Notes: generated by a model not told the origin, from the letters alone. 64,000 nt of DNA from an uncultured Clostridiaceae bacterium (GCA_964411505.1 CAYPLH010000004.1:2954-66953); one strand, 5' to 3'. Shown: positions 1 through 12,147, counted from the stretch's first letter. Numbers and translations are program-made.

Positions 1-1
1 C

Positions 2-1117
2 ATAGAAAATATCGAGATCAATAATATAAGCTGGCAGGATCAAAAGGGATCGGTGTTTAAGAGGTTAAGAAGAACTGATGATCTTGATCATGGAGCCTTA
101 GTACCACTTTATTTTATAAGCGAGGAGCTTAAGGATTTTAAACTGATACATATTGCTCCTGCATGGATACCATTTAGAAATCTTTATAAATTTGGTCATT
201 GTATAGGTAATGCTATAAAGGAAAGTAATGAACGGGTAGTTGTAATTGCCAGCGCAGACCTATCACACAGGTTAAATAGTGAAACTGCCTATGGTTTTAG
301 TAAAGATGGTAAAATATTTGATGAATTGCTGGTAAATAGCGTGTCAACATCTGATGTAAAAACATTACTGGAGCTTGATGAAGATTTTTGTGAAAGCGCT
401 GGTGAATGTGGATTAAGGTCTATACTTGTTATGTTAGGCGCAATTGATGGTATGAGTATTAAACCTGAAATTTATTCTTATGAAGGTCCGTATGGAATAG
501 GTTATGCAGTTGCACGTATTAGTGTTGGGGAAGAAGATAAAAGCAGGGAGATATTAAAGGATTTAGAACAAGAGGAATCGGAAAGAATAAAGAGCTTAAG
601 AGCTAATGAAAGTCAATATGTTTCCCTTGCACGAAACACTTTAGAGGCACATGTAAAAGACCAGGAAATGGTGAAGGATTTTGATGATCTTCCTGAAAAA
701 ATGCTTCATAGAAAGGCAGGGGTTTTCGTTTCGATTAAAAAAGACGGTCAGCTAAGGGGATGTATCGGCACGATTGCACCAAACAGGAAAAATGTTGCCG
801 AGGAAATAATGCATAATGCCATAAGTTGCGGCACTCAGGATCCAAGGTTTTTACCAGTTGCAATGGATGAGCTTGATTCTTTGATTTATAGTGTTGATGT
901 TCTTGGAGATCCGGAACCTATAGACAGCATGGATGAACTTGATGTTAAAAGGTATGGTGTAATTGTACGAGAAGGCTTTCGATCCGGGCTTTTGCTTCCT
1001 GATCTGGAAGGCATTGATACTCCTCGGGAACAGGTTTCAATTGCCTTACGTAAGGCGGGTATAAGCCCTGCAGCAGACTACAAACTGGAAAGGTTTGAAG
1101 TTGTCAGATACACGTGA
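2..1117 (+). CDS. AMMECR1-domain protein fused to an N-terminal LigB/Memo-like (extradiol dioxygenase fold) domain. AmmeMemoRadiSam system component. The 5' end lies outside the window.
   Basis: The frame is open from nt 2, with no in-frame stop before the listed start at 53. N-terminal motifs DHGALVPL and ASADLSHRL fit LigB/Memo-type metal sites. The C-terminal ~190 aa (GVFVSIKKDGQLRGCIGT, GLLLPDLEG) is a typical AMMECR1 domain. A radical SAM partner gene follows directly. Confidence 0.7.
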   Translation: MENIEINNISWQDQKGSVFKRLRRTDDLDHGALVPLYFISEELKDFKLIHIAPAWIPFRNLYKFGHCIGNAIKESNERVVVIASADLSHRLNSETAYGFSKDGKIFDELLVNSVSTSDVKTLLELDEDFCESAGECGLRSILVMLGAIDGMSIKPEIYSYEGPYGIGYAVARISVGEEDKSREILKDLEQEESERIKSLRANESQYVSLARNTLEAHVKDQEMVKDFDDLPEKMLHRKAGVFVSIKKDGQLRGCIGTIAPNRKNVAEEIMHNAISCGTQDPRFLPVAMDELDSLIYSVDVLGDPEPIDSMDELDVKRYGVIVREGFRSGLLLPDLEGIDTPREQVSIALRKAGISPAADYKLERFEVVRYT

Positions 1118-1271
1118 TTAGTTGGAGTTTAACAAAATAACTTATTTTTTGACTGCCAAAATATGCTTATGTGCAATATAGACTTAAAAAGAAAATGGGT
1201 AACACAAATATGAAGATATGTAGGATCCCTTTTCAATTTATATAATTTTAAAGTTACGGTAAGGTGATAAG

Positions 1272-2138
1272 GTGAAGAACTTAAAACATGCCATGTACTA
1301 TGAGAAAAAAGACAATTCATTTGTGCACTGCGTTTTGTGTCCTCACAATTGCATTATTAAACCTGGAGGAGTTGGTATCTGTCGCGTCCGCAAGAATTTG
1401 GAGGGGGAGCTTTATTCACTTAATTATGGGAAAGTAACAGCAATTAGTGTAGATCCGGTCGAAAAGAAGCCACTTAATAGATTTTATCCTAAGAGTCCAA
1501 TACTCTCTGCCGGTACTTTTGGTTGCAATCTTAAATGTTCATTTTGCCAGAATTGGAATATAGCACACGACTCACCAGATTATATCCAAATGTCATCTTC
1601 CGAGTTGGCAAAAAAAGCAGATGAGCTAAAACTAAATGGGAATATAGGTCTTGCATACACTTATAATGAACCTTTAATCTGGTTTGAGTATGTGCTTGAA
1701 ACAGCTAAACTGATACGCTCAAAAGAACTTATGAATGTACTTGTTACCAATGGTTTTATATCTATAGAGCCTTTGAAGGAAATTTTACCTTTGGTTGACG
1801 CTATGAATATAGATGTAAAGGCATTTACCGATTCCTTTTATAAGCGAATATGTAGCGGAGCACTAGACAATGTCAGACAAACAGTAGAAATTTCTGCAAA
1901 GCACTGTCATGTTGAATTAACTACTCTTGTTGTTCCCGGATTGAATGATTCGATGGATGAAATAGAGAACTTGGCAAAATGGATAGCATCAATATCTACT
2001 GAAATACCTTTGCATCTTTCGAGGTTTTTCCCTAATTATAGAATGCGGGAATATCCGCCAACACCGAGAAAAACGCTTGAAAAAGCTAAAGAGACAGCTG
2101 AGAAACACTTGAAATATGTATATTTGGGGAATGTATAG
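1272..2138 (+). CDS. AmmeMemoRadiSam system radical SAM enzyme (PflA-like activase fold)
   Basis: CNLKCSFCQNW is the CxxxCxxC radical SAM motif. There is an N-terminal Cys cluster CVLCPHNC...GICRVR. The GTG start is preceded by AAGGTGATAAG. The gene follows the AMMECR1 gene. Confidence 0.85.
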   Translation: MKNLKHAMYYEKKDNSFVHCVLCPHNCIIKPGGVGICRVRKNLEGELYSLNYGKVTAISVDPVEKKPLNRFYPKSPILSAGTFGCNLKCSFCQNWNIAHDSPDYIQMSSSELAKKADELKLNGNIGLAYTYNEPLIWFEYVLETAKLIRSKELMNVLVTNGFISIEPLKEILPLVDAMNIDVKAFTDSFYKRICSGALDNVRQTVEISAKHCHVELTTLVVPGLNDSMDEIENLAKWIASISTEIPLHLSRFFPNYRMREYPPTPRKTLEKAKETAEKHLKYVYLGNV

Positions 2139-2340
2139 GTTATGCAAACTCACTGTTTAATAACTTTATTATAATTTGATTAAATATACAAAAATACCTT
2201 ACAATTATTAATGAAAAGGAGTATAATTTTATTTAAATGAATAATCTTTATGAATATTGAATCTAATTATATGATTGTCGTTTTACGACTTTCAAACGAG
2301 CATTAATTATATTGAAATTTAGCTGAAGGTGTGAGGTTGT

Positions 2341-3222
2341 TTGTGGGAGACTCTTGGGAAACTAAATATTTCTGGTTTTTTTAAGCTGATTGGGGATTTC
2401 CTAGCGATTGACAGTCCGATTAGTGTTCTCCAAACGGTTGTAGATATTAGTATTGTTTCATACATTATTTACAAACTTATACAATTGGTCAGAGAAACCA
2501 GGGCTGTTCAACTGATAAAAGGAATTTTAATAATTATTGTAGCAAGATATGTCAGTGAATTGCTTGGACTTAGAACAATAGAGTACATATTGACAAATTC
2601 TATTCAAATAGTAGGATTTGCTCTTGTTGTAATATTTCAGCCTGAGCTCAGGCGTGGGCTTGAGCAAATAGGGCGGAGCAAATTTAAGGATTTCTTTAGC
2701 TTTGATGAGGAGAGTAAGACAATAAAAACAACTGCCATGATAGAAGAACTGGTCAAGGCTTGTTTTCACATGGCAAGTAATTATGTAGGAGCGCTTATTG
2801 TCATTGAAAGAGAGACAAAAATAGGAGAAATAATCAATTCCGGAGTTCAGATAGATTCTAATGTTACTTCAGAATTATTAATCAATATATTTTCTCCAAA
2901 CACACCCTTGCATGATGGTGCGGTTGTAATAAGAGATTATAAGATCAAAGCAACATCATGTTTCTTACCGCTTACTGATAATCCAAACTTAAGTAAGGAA
3001 TTAGGGACAAGACACAGAGCGGCACTTGGTATTACAGAGGTTTCTGATGCTATAGTAATTGTAGTTTCCGAAGAATCTGGCAAGATTTCTTTTGCATTAA
3101 ATGGTGGTTTGACGAGAAATCTCACTCAAGATACATTAAGGAAGGCACTTAATAGGAATCTAATTATAAAAAAAGATTCGCAAATGAAATTGTCCTCATT
3201 GTGGAAGGTGAAAAGCAAATGA
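2341..3222 (+). CDS. cdaA: Diadenylate cyclase CdaA (membrane-anchored DisA_N domain)
   Basis: Hydrophobic N-terminal helices are followed by DGAVVI, GTRHRAALG and VVSEESGKIS motifs. The gene order cdaA-cdaR-glmM is the conserved one. Confidence 0.9.
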   Translation: MWETLGKLNISGFFKLIGDFLAIDSPISVLQTVVDISIVSYIIYKLIQLVRETRAVQLIKGILIIIVARYVSELLGLRTIEYILTNSIQIVGFALVVIFQPELRRGLEQIGRSKFKDFFSFDEESKTIKTTAMIEELVKACFHMASNYVGALIVIERETKIGEIINSGVQIDSNVTSELLINIFSPNTPLHDGAVVIRDYKIKATSCFLPLTDNPNLSKELGTRHRAALGITEVSDAIVIVVSEESGKISFALNGGLTRNLTQDTLRKALNRNLIIKKDSQMKLSSLWKVKSK

Positions 3223-4463
3223 ATAAATTTTTTAGTTCAAGCCTTTTTATGAAGATTCTTTCAGTTATTTTTGCTGTATTCTTGTGGATCGTAGCATTAA
3301 ACAGTGAAAACCCACTTGACGTTAAGATTGTTACTGTCGCACTTGAACAAAAAAATAGCTTTGTACTTACTCAAAATAATCTTGGTTTATATAAGACAGT
3401 AATTCCAAAACACATTGATATTACGATACATGGTCGAGATGAAGCATTAAGAAAAGTAACCAGTGGTGACTTTGAAGCAACAATAGATTTCTCTGGAATT
3501 AAAAAGTCAGGCGTTTTCAGTTTACCGCTTATTGTAGAAAACAATAATAATGGAATTTACATAAATGATATAAGCCAAAAATTGGTTCAGGTAACTGTAG
3601 AGAAAATTATAAAAAAAGCGTTCGAGGTTGATTTGAAAACCGAAGGTACTCTTAAGGAGAAATACCTTATCACAAATGCATTTTTAAGTTCGAATATTAT
3701 AGAAGTTGAAGGCATTGAGCCCGAAGTAGAAAAAATCAGTACTGTTGTTGCACCTTTGCATTATGAAAACCTAAGTGAAAGTATGTCAACACTGATACAC
3801 TGTCACTTTTTTGACAGTCTAGGCAATGAGATAATCGCTCAAAGAGACAAATTCAGTGTAAGTGCAAATGTGGAAGTTGCAAAGGAAGTTTCGATTGTTC
3901 CAGTAGTTACAGGTACCCCCCAGCAATATTATTTTATTGAGGACCAGAAGGTGGACCCAAACAAGGTTTTGGTACAAGGTTCTCCAGCCGTCCTGAATGA
4001 ATTAGCTAGTATAAATATTTCTCCTGTAAGTATTGAAGGTGCAAACAATAATATCAGTGCACAGACAACAGTGAATTTACCTGAGGGAGTCAGTCTATAT
4101 AACCCTGAGCAGATATTCACACTGTCTGTAACCCTTGACAAACTGAAAGAGGCTGATTATTATGTCTCTAAGGAACAGATAACAGTTATTTTCGCAGACA
4201 ATAAGTACATATATGATATTAAGGATCCCGGAATTACAGTTAAACTGATAGAAAAAGAGAAGGACAGGGAACTTTATGTAGAGCAAATAATACCTTCTAT
4301 TAATGTTAAAGGCCTTGAAACAGGGGTTCATGAGCTTCCAGTTCAAGTATTAGTTCCTGATTGGATAATTGTTGATGGAGAGTACTTTATAACCGTAGAG
4401 ATTTTTGAAAACACAGATAACACAAATCCTACCGACGATCAAACCACATTTATTCCTCACTAA
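3219..4463 (+). CDS. cdaR: CdaA regulatory protein CdaR (YbbR-repeat protein)
   Basis: ATG 3219 overlaps the cdaA stop (ATGA) and is preceded by GGAAGGTG; the ORF track start is 3201. The protein has a single N-terminal TM helix followed by repeated beta-rich modules. Its position between cdaA and glmM is the conserved one. Confidence 0.8.
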   Translation: MNKFFSSSLFMKILSVIFAVFLWIVALNSENPLDVKIVTVALEQKNSFVLTQNNLGLYKTVIPKHIDITIHGRDEALRKVTSGDFEATIDFSGIKKSGVFSLPLIVENNNNGIYINDISQKLVQVTVEKIIKKAFEVDLKTEGTLKEKYLITNAFLSSNIIEVEGIEPEVEKISTVVAPLHYENLSESMSTLIHCHFFDSLGNEIIAQRDKFSVSANVEVAKEVSIVPVVTGTPQQYYFIEDQKVDPNKVLVQGSPAVLNELASINISPVSIEGANNNISAQTTVNLPEGVSLYNPEQIFTLSVTLDKLKEADYYVSKEQITVIFADNKYIYDIKDPGITVKLIEKEKDRELYVEQIIPSINVKGLETGVHELPVQVLVPDWIIVDGEYFITVEIFENTDNTNPTDDQTTFIPH

Positions 4464-4499
4464 AAAAAATGTGGAACAAGACATCCTTAGGATTTTTTA

Positions 4500-4649
4500 T
4501 TGCCTAGGAAAGTATACTTTTCTAGGCAATGGGGATTGCAAAGGGGAAGCCCCTTTGCTGCTTTAAGGAGGGTGCTCAGGATGCGGAGCATCCGTCGAAG
4601 GGAACCATAAGGTTCCCTAGCGAAAAAAAGTGGCGAAGCCCACTTTTTT
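4500..4649. repeat. Cluster of five consecutive hairpins (REP-like mosaic) in the cdaR-glmM spacer
   Basis: The five hairpins are: 4500-4529 TTGCCTAGGAAAGTA/TACTTTTCTAGGCAA (one mismatch); 4538-4558 GCAAAGGGG-AAG-CCCCTTTGC; 4579-4593 GGATGC-GGA-GCATCC; 4600-4617 GGGAACC-ATAA-GGTTCCC; 4623-4649 A-run GTGG-CGAAGC-CCAC T-run. Confidence 0.65.
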
Positions 4650-4755
4650 GACTAAGCTCAAATGAAATTTATCAAATATTTATCGAATGCAAATAAATTT
4701 GAAATAGCATTTGATGAAGAGAAAAAAATTTTTTTTTTATGGGAGGACTTGTTTA

Positions 4756-6105
4756 TTGACTAGACTTTTTGGAACAGATGGTGTTAGAGGTGTTGCTAAT
4801 GAAGAGCTTACTGCAGAACTTGCATTTAAGCTTGGTAAAGCCGGAGCTTATGTTTTGACAGCAGAGTCCGAACATACTCCACGTATACTGGTGGGGATGG
4901 ACACAAGAATTTCAGGACCCATGTTAGAATCAGCTTTAACTTCCGGAATATGTTCTGTAGGTGCGGAAGCTGTGTTGCTTGGGGTTGTTCCAACTCCAGC
5001 GGTAGCATATCTTATAAAAAAATACAAAGCTGATGCTGGAGTGGTGATTTCTGCATCGCATAATCCCTTTGAATTTAATGGGATCAAGTTTTTTAATAGC
5101 AAGGGATATAAACTTTCAGATGAACTAGAAGATAGAATTGAGAAAATAGTAAACTCCGGGATTGACCAGATTCCTTTGCCAAAAGGCGCAGGTTTGGGGA
5201 CCAGACGCTTTATGGAAAAATCACTGGATGATTATGTAAGTTTTCTGAAAAGTACAATTGATGTGGATTTTAAAGGAATAAAAGTTGTAATAGATTGCGC
5301 CAATGGTGCGGCTTATAAAGCAGCTCCTTCCACGCTTGCAGAGTTGGGCGCAAATGTAATAACTATTCATAACAAGCCAAACGGAGTAAATATTAATAAT
5401 GAGTGCGGTTCTACTCATTTGGATGATCTTTGTAGGATGGTAAAAAAGTATCAAGCGGATATAGGAATTGCTTTTGATGGTGATGCCGACAGGATGCTTG
5501 CAGTAGATGAAAACGGTAAAGCTGTGGATGGAGACTCAATTATGGCTATAATAGCCCTTGACCTTAAAAAAAGGGAGAAGCTTCAAAGGGATACTATTGT
5601 TGCTACTGTTATGAGCAATATGGGATTTGAGATTTTTTCAAGAAACAATAATATCAACCTTGTAAGAACGAAGGTTGGTGATAGATATGTGCTGGAAGAA
5701 ATGCTTAAAAACGGTTATGTTCTTGGAGGAGAACAATCGGGACACATCATATTTCTTGAGTTTAATACGACTGGCGATGGTATTTTGACTGCAATACAGC
5801 TTTTACGAGTTATGAAGGTGTCTGGAAAGAAATTTTCTGACCTTGCATCAGTTATTCAAACACTACCACAAGTCCTCAAAAATGCAAGAGTTAGCAATGG
5901 AAATAAGCACAAGTATCTTGAGGATGGAGTAATTGCAGAAATGTGTAGTAGTATCGAAGTTGAATTCCAACATGAAGGCAGAGTGCTAATAAGACCATCA
6001 GGAACAGAACCTTTAGTGAGGGTTATGATTGAAGGCAAGGATCTTGATTACATCACAAGGAAAGCCGATGAATTAGTAAAAGTTATTGAAGAACGACTGG
6101 CTTAA
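4756..6105 (+). CDS. glmM: Phosphoglucosamine mutase
   Basis: Motifs present: GTDGVRG, phosphoserine loop SASHNP, and FDGDADR Mg site. The likely start is TTG 4756, with GGGAGGA 8 nt upstream. The ORF track start at 4711 would add an atypical 15-aa extension. Confidence 0.9.
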   Translation: MTRLFGTDGVRGVANEELTAELAFKLGKAGAYVLTAESEHTPRILVGMDTRISGPMLESALTSGICSVGAEAVLLGVVPTPAVAYLIKKYKADAGVVISASHNPFEFNGIKFFNSKGYKLSDELEDRIEKIVNSGIDQIPLPKGAGLGTRRFMEKSLDDYVSFLKSTIDVDFKGIKVVIDCANGAAYKAAPSTLAELGANVITIHNKPNGVNINNECGSTHLDDLCRMVKKYQADIGIAFDGDADRMLAVDENGKAVDGDSIMAIIALDLKKREKLQRDTIVATVMSNMGFEIFSRNNNINLVRTKVGDRYVLEEMLKNGYVLGGEQSGHIIFLEFNTTGDGILTAIQLLRVMKVSGKKFSDLASVIQTLPQVLKNARVSNGNKHKYLEDGVIAEMCSSIEVEFQHEGRVLIRPSGTEPLVRVMIEGKDLDYITRKADELVKVIEERLA

Positions 6106-6247
6106 TTGTATTTGCAGTACATACAATAATGGCTTTAAAGCTGATAGCCTATGCAAAGAAATACTATAATAGGCAGGTTGTCTGGCAAATCGCATAATTG
6201 GCGCATTTTCTTTAAAGGAATAGGCTGAGACTTGGAGAATAATTATT

Positions 6248-7213
6248 ATGATGGAGATTTTATTTAGTGATAGTGCTTGTGGAAGCCTTAAAATGGCACA
6301 GCACTATGGTAAAGGAAAATATAGAAGTGGGTGTATTGGCGTTGTTATAAGCCACTCGGATGGAAGCAAGCCAACCAAGGCAGAAGTTAAAGCTGCTCAG
6401 CAAGAAGCAGAGGAAAGGGAACGCTTGGCATGGGAGAGTGCTACCCCCTTAGGTGGAAATACAGCAGACATCTTTGGATTCAATTTGGCACTGAGCATTG
6501 GAGATATTTCGGAGGATCAGCTGGGTATCCAGCGGAAGCAGACGTTGGAACACTTATACAGCGTTTATCCGAATAATGAGGGATATCAAGCAGTTCAGAA
6601 AATATTAAAAAGGACAAATGAAAATCTAACAACGATTCAGGAACGCACATCAACGGGAGAACCCCTCCGAATCTGGTACAGCAATCAGCCTGATGAAATG
6701 TGTGGACTTTATTGGTTCGTGGGGCAGTTAAATCAGTGGAACGTCCATAGCGAACAGGTTTCTATTGTCAAGCTTCCGGAATTAGAGTTTGACGAAAAGG
6801 GAAATGTTGTGCAAAAAATTGGCTGGGGTGAAGTAAGACCTGGAGAATGGCATCGATATCTTGCCTTGGAAAGACCTGCGTTGCCGAAATTTATGCAAAG
6901 CTGTGCATCACATTGGCAAGAGCTTCAAGGAGAAAATGCACCTTTGAGGGCTATACTGAATGGACAATTGGTCAGTGTGTCGGAAAACCTCTATGATAGC
7001 TTTATCCTGCGCGAGATTTCAGAAGAAGGTGAGGAGTTTAACGAAGCAGTGGTTATCGGACGGGTACTTGGAAAATATCGGCTCGGAATTGGTGATGCCT
7101 TTCTCGCATTCCGTATAGAAGAAATGATTCACGCTGGAAAGCTTGAGACCGTATCTGATATTGCAGAAAATATGCCATCTTATAATCGGGTATTGAAGAG
7201 CTGTACACCATAG
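6248..7213 (+). CDS. DUF1835/DUF3658-like protein of unknown function
   Basis: The N-terminal ILFSDSACGSLK resembles the DUF1835 start motif and the length is ~320 aa. This is recognition from memory only. GC is locally higher than in neighbouring genes: two 60-nt lines counted at 40-50%, against ~32% in cdaR. Confidence 0.5.
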   Translation: MMEILFSDSACGSLKMAQHYGKGKYRSGCIGVVISHSDGSKPTKAEVKAAQQEAEERERLAWESATPLGGNTADIFGFNLALSIGDISEDQLGIQRKQTLEHLYSVYPNNEGYQAVQKILKRTNENLTTIQERTSTGEPLRIWYSNQPDEMCGLYWFVGQLNQWNVHSEQVSIVKLPELEFDEKGNVVQKIGWGEVRPGEWHRYLALERPALPKFMQSCASHWQELQGENAPLRAILNGQLVSVSENLYDSFILREISEEGEEFNEAVVIGRVLGKYRLGIGDAFLAFRIEEMIHAGKLETVSDIAENMPSYNRVLKSCTP

Positions 7214-7390
7214 CTATTATTTGCATTATTGTGCTTCATTATTCGAGAAAAATACAATCTGGAGTTTTGGGATTGGTACGGTTGTCAACATGGCACTATT
7301 CAAATTGTTTTTATTTGAGAAAAAAGGGAGTGACATTAAAGACTTATTCTTCATCTGAATATATGTAGTACCGTAGTACTGGCACCTCGT

Positions 7391-8809
7391 TTACAAAACC
7401 CCACTGATCCAGTCTGCTATATCCTCTATAACCTGCTCTGGAATATGCTGTTCAATTGTATATTCCTGAGGAGTGCTCTTGCCCTCACCGGTGCCTACCA
7501 TGAATAAGTGGTTAAGCTTGGGATATAGCTTGAATTCAGCGTTCTTTTTTTGTAAAAGGCCTGATTTCCACTTTTCAAACTCCGATACCGGCACCTGATA
7601 GTCACGTTCGCCTTGAAGAAACATGAAAGGTTCATCAACATCCATTGCAGTTTTAATCGGATCATAATTTTTAAAGGCATCCCAATACTCTGCAGGGGCA
7701 TTCATGACATTCATGCCCTCCTTTAATGCGCCACTTTTAATTGTTTCTGCCTGAGATTTTGCGTCATTCAGTGTTTTTTGCTCTTCGTCGGTGATTTCAC
7801 CGTCCAGGGAGAAAATATATTCGTATTGATAGGGTATTAATTCATAAACAGGGGTTACATTACCTGCCATAGCGATATAACCGGCAACATCATCGGCTTG
7901 GTTTCCTATTTCGGGAAGAAGATTGGCACCCATACTATGGCCTAAAACAAAAATTCTGTTATTATCAATTATGTCAGTTTGCTTCAAAAGATCAACTGCA
8001 GCCAGAACATCATCAATGACTTCAAACTGAAAAGTTAGTTTACCTTCCGGTAGCTTGTCCGGATAAACAAGTGTCCGTTTGTCATACCTAAGGACAGCGA
8101 TATTACGTGATGCAAGTCCGTGTGCAAGATCTCTGAATGGTTTATTGTTATATAATGTTTCATCTCTGTCATTAGGACCTGAGCCGTGCACCAGTATTAC
8201 AGCAGGAACCTTTTTAGTCTGATCCCTTGGAATTGTAAGAGTACCCGGAAGTTTGAGTTCATCGGAGCCAATAAAAACTTCTGTTTCCTCGAACATATCT
8301 CCGGATACTAAGGTTTCTTCCTCTGGTACAGCATTCGTAGGAGTAGGAGTTATAAAAAATCCTGCAACCTTTTTATCCTGATCGAAGGTAAAAAGCACAT
8401 CAAATTTACCCAGACCGAATTCGGTCATTATAAATACCTGCTTGTAGCCTTGACTTTCACCAGTACGTGTTCCAAGTACTTTTTTAAAACCACCCAACTG
8501 GCTAACTGTTTGCTCCCAAGTTTCCTTGAGCTTATCTTCAGATATTGCTGCTTTCATCGTATCATTAAAAGCGCTGAAAACTGAATTGTACTCTCCCTTG
8601 TTTAGCATATCAACGAATTGAAGAGCGCTTTGTACAACTTCCTTATTGTCTGCTGTAGCAGTATTTTTGACCGATTCTCTGGAATTACTATTTTTGTTAC
8701 TATCTTTGTTTTTATTGCAAGCAGATATTGAAAAACTCATGGATATGCAAATTAGTAACACTGTTATTATTTTTAAAATTTTTTTCATCCTTTTTTGCCT
8801 TTCAAGCAT
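7391..8809 (-). CDS. Secreted/lipoprotein alpha/beta hydrolase with an N-terminal accessory domain
   Basis: A basic N-terminus plus hydrophobic stretch ends in SISAC (lipobox-like). The GHSMGA nucleophile elbow is present. The second ATG at 8788 (MKKILKI) is the more likely start. Confidence 0.7.
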   Translation of the reverse strand: MLERQKRMKKILKIITVLLICISMSFSISACNKNKDSNKNSNSRESVKNTATADNKEVVQSALQFVDMLNKGEYNSVFSAFNDTMKAAISEDKLKETWEQTVSQLGGFKKVLGTRTGESQGYKQVFIMTEFGLGKFDVLFTFDQDKKVAGFFITPTPTNAVPEEETLVSGDMFEETEVFIGSDELKLPGTLTIPRDQTKKVPAVILVHGSGPNDRDETLYNNKPFRDLAHGLASRNIAVLRYDKRTLVYPDKLPEGKLTFQFEVIDDVLAAVDLLKQTDIIDNNRIFVLGHSMGANLLPEIGNQADDVAGYIAMAGNVTPVYELIPYQYEYIFSLDGEITDEEQKTLNDAKSQAETIKSGALKEGMNVMNAPAEYWDAFKNYDPIKTAMDVDEPFMFLQGERDYQVPVSEFEKWKSGLLQKKNAEFKLYPKLNHLFMVGTGEGKSTPQEYTIEQHIPEQVIEDIADWISGVL

Positions 8810-9267
8810 CTTATAAATGTAGTTATTTAAACAATGCTTATTGCTAACACTGCATTATCTTCTAACAAACTAACATATATTTATTCATAAGACTACTTTG
8901 TCAAATTTTTAATAGTAAATAAATATTTTGCGTACATGCTTCATATTTTCGGAATACTTATCCATTAGTATACCACAGGCTACTTATATCTGCAATTTTT
9001 TGCAGCCAAGTCTGTAAAAATAAGTAACTTTGCGACCTACTTGGGAGGAATCACAAGGTAAATAAATTTCATAGCAAATCTAATATTCTCATAAAAAATT
9101 GTACATTTCAAAAAAAATGATAGAATATATATACAGTTTGGTTTAGAATATTTGTATTGCAATTGGTATTATGTAAAGGTGTCAATTGCAATCAACTACA
9201 ATAGTCTGATTACTAACCGGAAAGGGACTGTAATTAGCCATAAATATGTGTATGAAAGGCTTACATT

Positions 9268-9930
9268 ATGAATGATTTAATTAAAAAGATAAAATTTGAT
9301 GATAATGGATTAATACCCGTTGTTTCGCAGGATTATAAATCAGGGGATGTTTTAATTCTTGCTTTTATGAACAGAGAAGCATTCGCAAAGACTGTTGAAA
9401 CACGGAAAGTACATTACTTTAGCAGGAGTAGGGGAAAGCTGTGGTTAAAAGGGGAGACGTCGGGTAATTTTCAATTAGTTAAATCAATTTTAGTAAACTG
9501 TGAAGACAATTCGCTTTTAATCAAGGTTCAACAGATTGGGAATGCTTGTCATACAGGGCATCATTCCTGCTATTTCAGGGAAGTCGTTAGAGATAATTTT
9601 GTAGAAATAGTAGAAAATAAAGAGAATCGCAGTAAAAATTCAGATGAAGAAAATATGTTGGTTTTAAGAGAATTATACCATGTGATTTCTGATAGGAAAG
9701 TAAATCCCAAAGAAGGTTCCTATACTAATTATCTTTTTGAAAAGGGAATAGATAAAATATGCAAAAAAATTGGAGAAGAAGCATCTGAAGTTATTATAGC
9801 TTCAAAAAATAATTCACCAGAAGAAATCAAGTATGAGATCGCAGATCTTTATTACCACCTATACGTATTGATGGTAGAAAGAGGAATCAAACCAGAAGAT
9901 ATTTATGACGAACTCAGAAAAAGGCGATGA
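9268..9930 (+). CDS. hisIE: Bifunctional phosphoribosyl-AMP cyclohydrolase / phosphoribosyl-ATP pyrophosphatase
   Basis: The HisI part has GETSGNFQ and [10 protein letters not shown]. The HisE part has [12 protein letters not shown] and [13 protein letters not shown]. Confidence 0.9.
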   Translation: MNDLIKKIKFDDNGLIPVVSQDYKSGDVLILAFMNREAFAKTVETRKVHYFSRSRGKLWLKGETSGNFQLVKSILVNCEDNSLLIKVQQIGNACHTGHHSCYFREVVRDNFVEIVENKENRSKNSDEENMLVLRELYHVISDRKVNPKEGSYTNYLFEKGIDKICKKIGEEASEVIIASKNNSPEEIKYEIADLYYHLYVLMVERGIKPEDIYDELRKRR

Positions 9931-10070
9931 ATTTTTAGAAAATTAAAGAAAAACGGTGAAATATGGTACAAATCTTATGATAATCCTATTTAAAACCGAA
10001 TATACGCTCTTTTCACAAAGTACACATATTTGCTTTAGAAATGGTTAATATATTATTATTATATTTATGA

Positions 10071-10097
10071 TTAGCACTCACTTGACGTGAGTGCTAA
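10071..10097. promoter_or_regulatory. CIRCE operator (HrcA binding site) upstream of groES
   Basis: TTAGCACTC-ACTTGACGT-GAGTGCTAA is a perfect match to the TTAGCACTC-N9-GAGTGCTAA consensus. It lies 41 nt upstream of the groES ATG. Confidence 0.92.
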
Positions 10098-10137
10098 TAA
10101 TTAAGACAATTAAAGTTCAAAAGAGGAGGTATTTTGA

Positions 10138-10422
<285 letters not shown>

Positions 10423-10435
10423 TTTTTATCACTAA

Positions 10436-12094
<1,659 letters not shown>

Positions 12095-12115
12095 TATATT
12101 GAATAAAATAAAGAT

Positions 12116-12147
12116 GAGTCAGGGAATAATCACCCTGGCTCTTTTTT
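12116..12147 (+). terminator. Rho-independent terminator of groESL
   Basis: GAGTCAGGG-AATAATCA-CCCTGGCTC (one G.U pair) is followed by TTTTTT. Confidence 0.75.

Noticed and set aside
4572-4624. A TPP- or glycine-riboswitch-like sequence (GGGTGCTCAGGATG..., CCGTCGAAGGGAA) upstream of glmM.
   Set aside because: The essential conserved cores are absent: CTGAGA...ACCTGATCTGGATAATGCCAGCG for TPP, and GGAGAG...CACCGAAGGGGCAA for glycine. The same module also recurs upstream of an unrelated SDR gene, which fits a dispersed repeat.
8810-9267. A T-box or attenuator leader for the isolated hisIE gene. The region contains a 9-bp hairpin TTGCAATTG...CAATTGCAA.
   Set aside because: No T-box specifier or conserved T-box sequence was seen, no His-codon leader peptide, and no terminator-type T-run after the hairpin.
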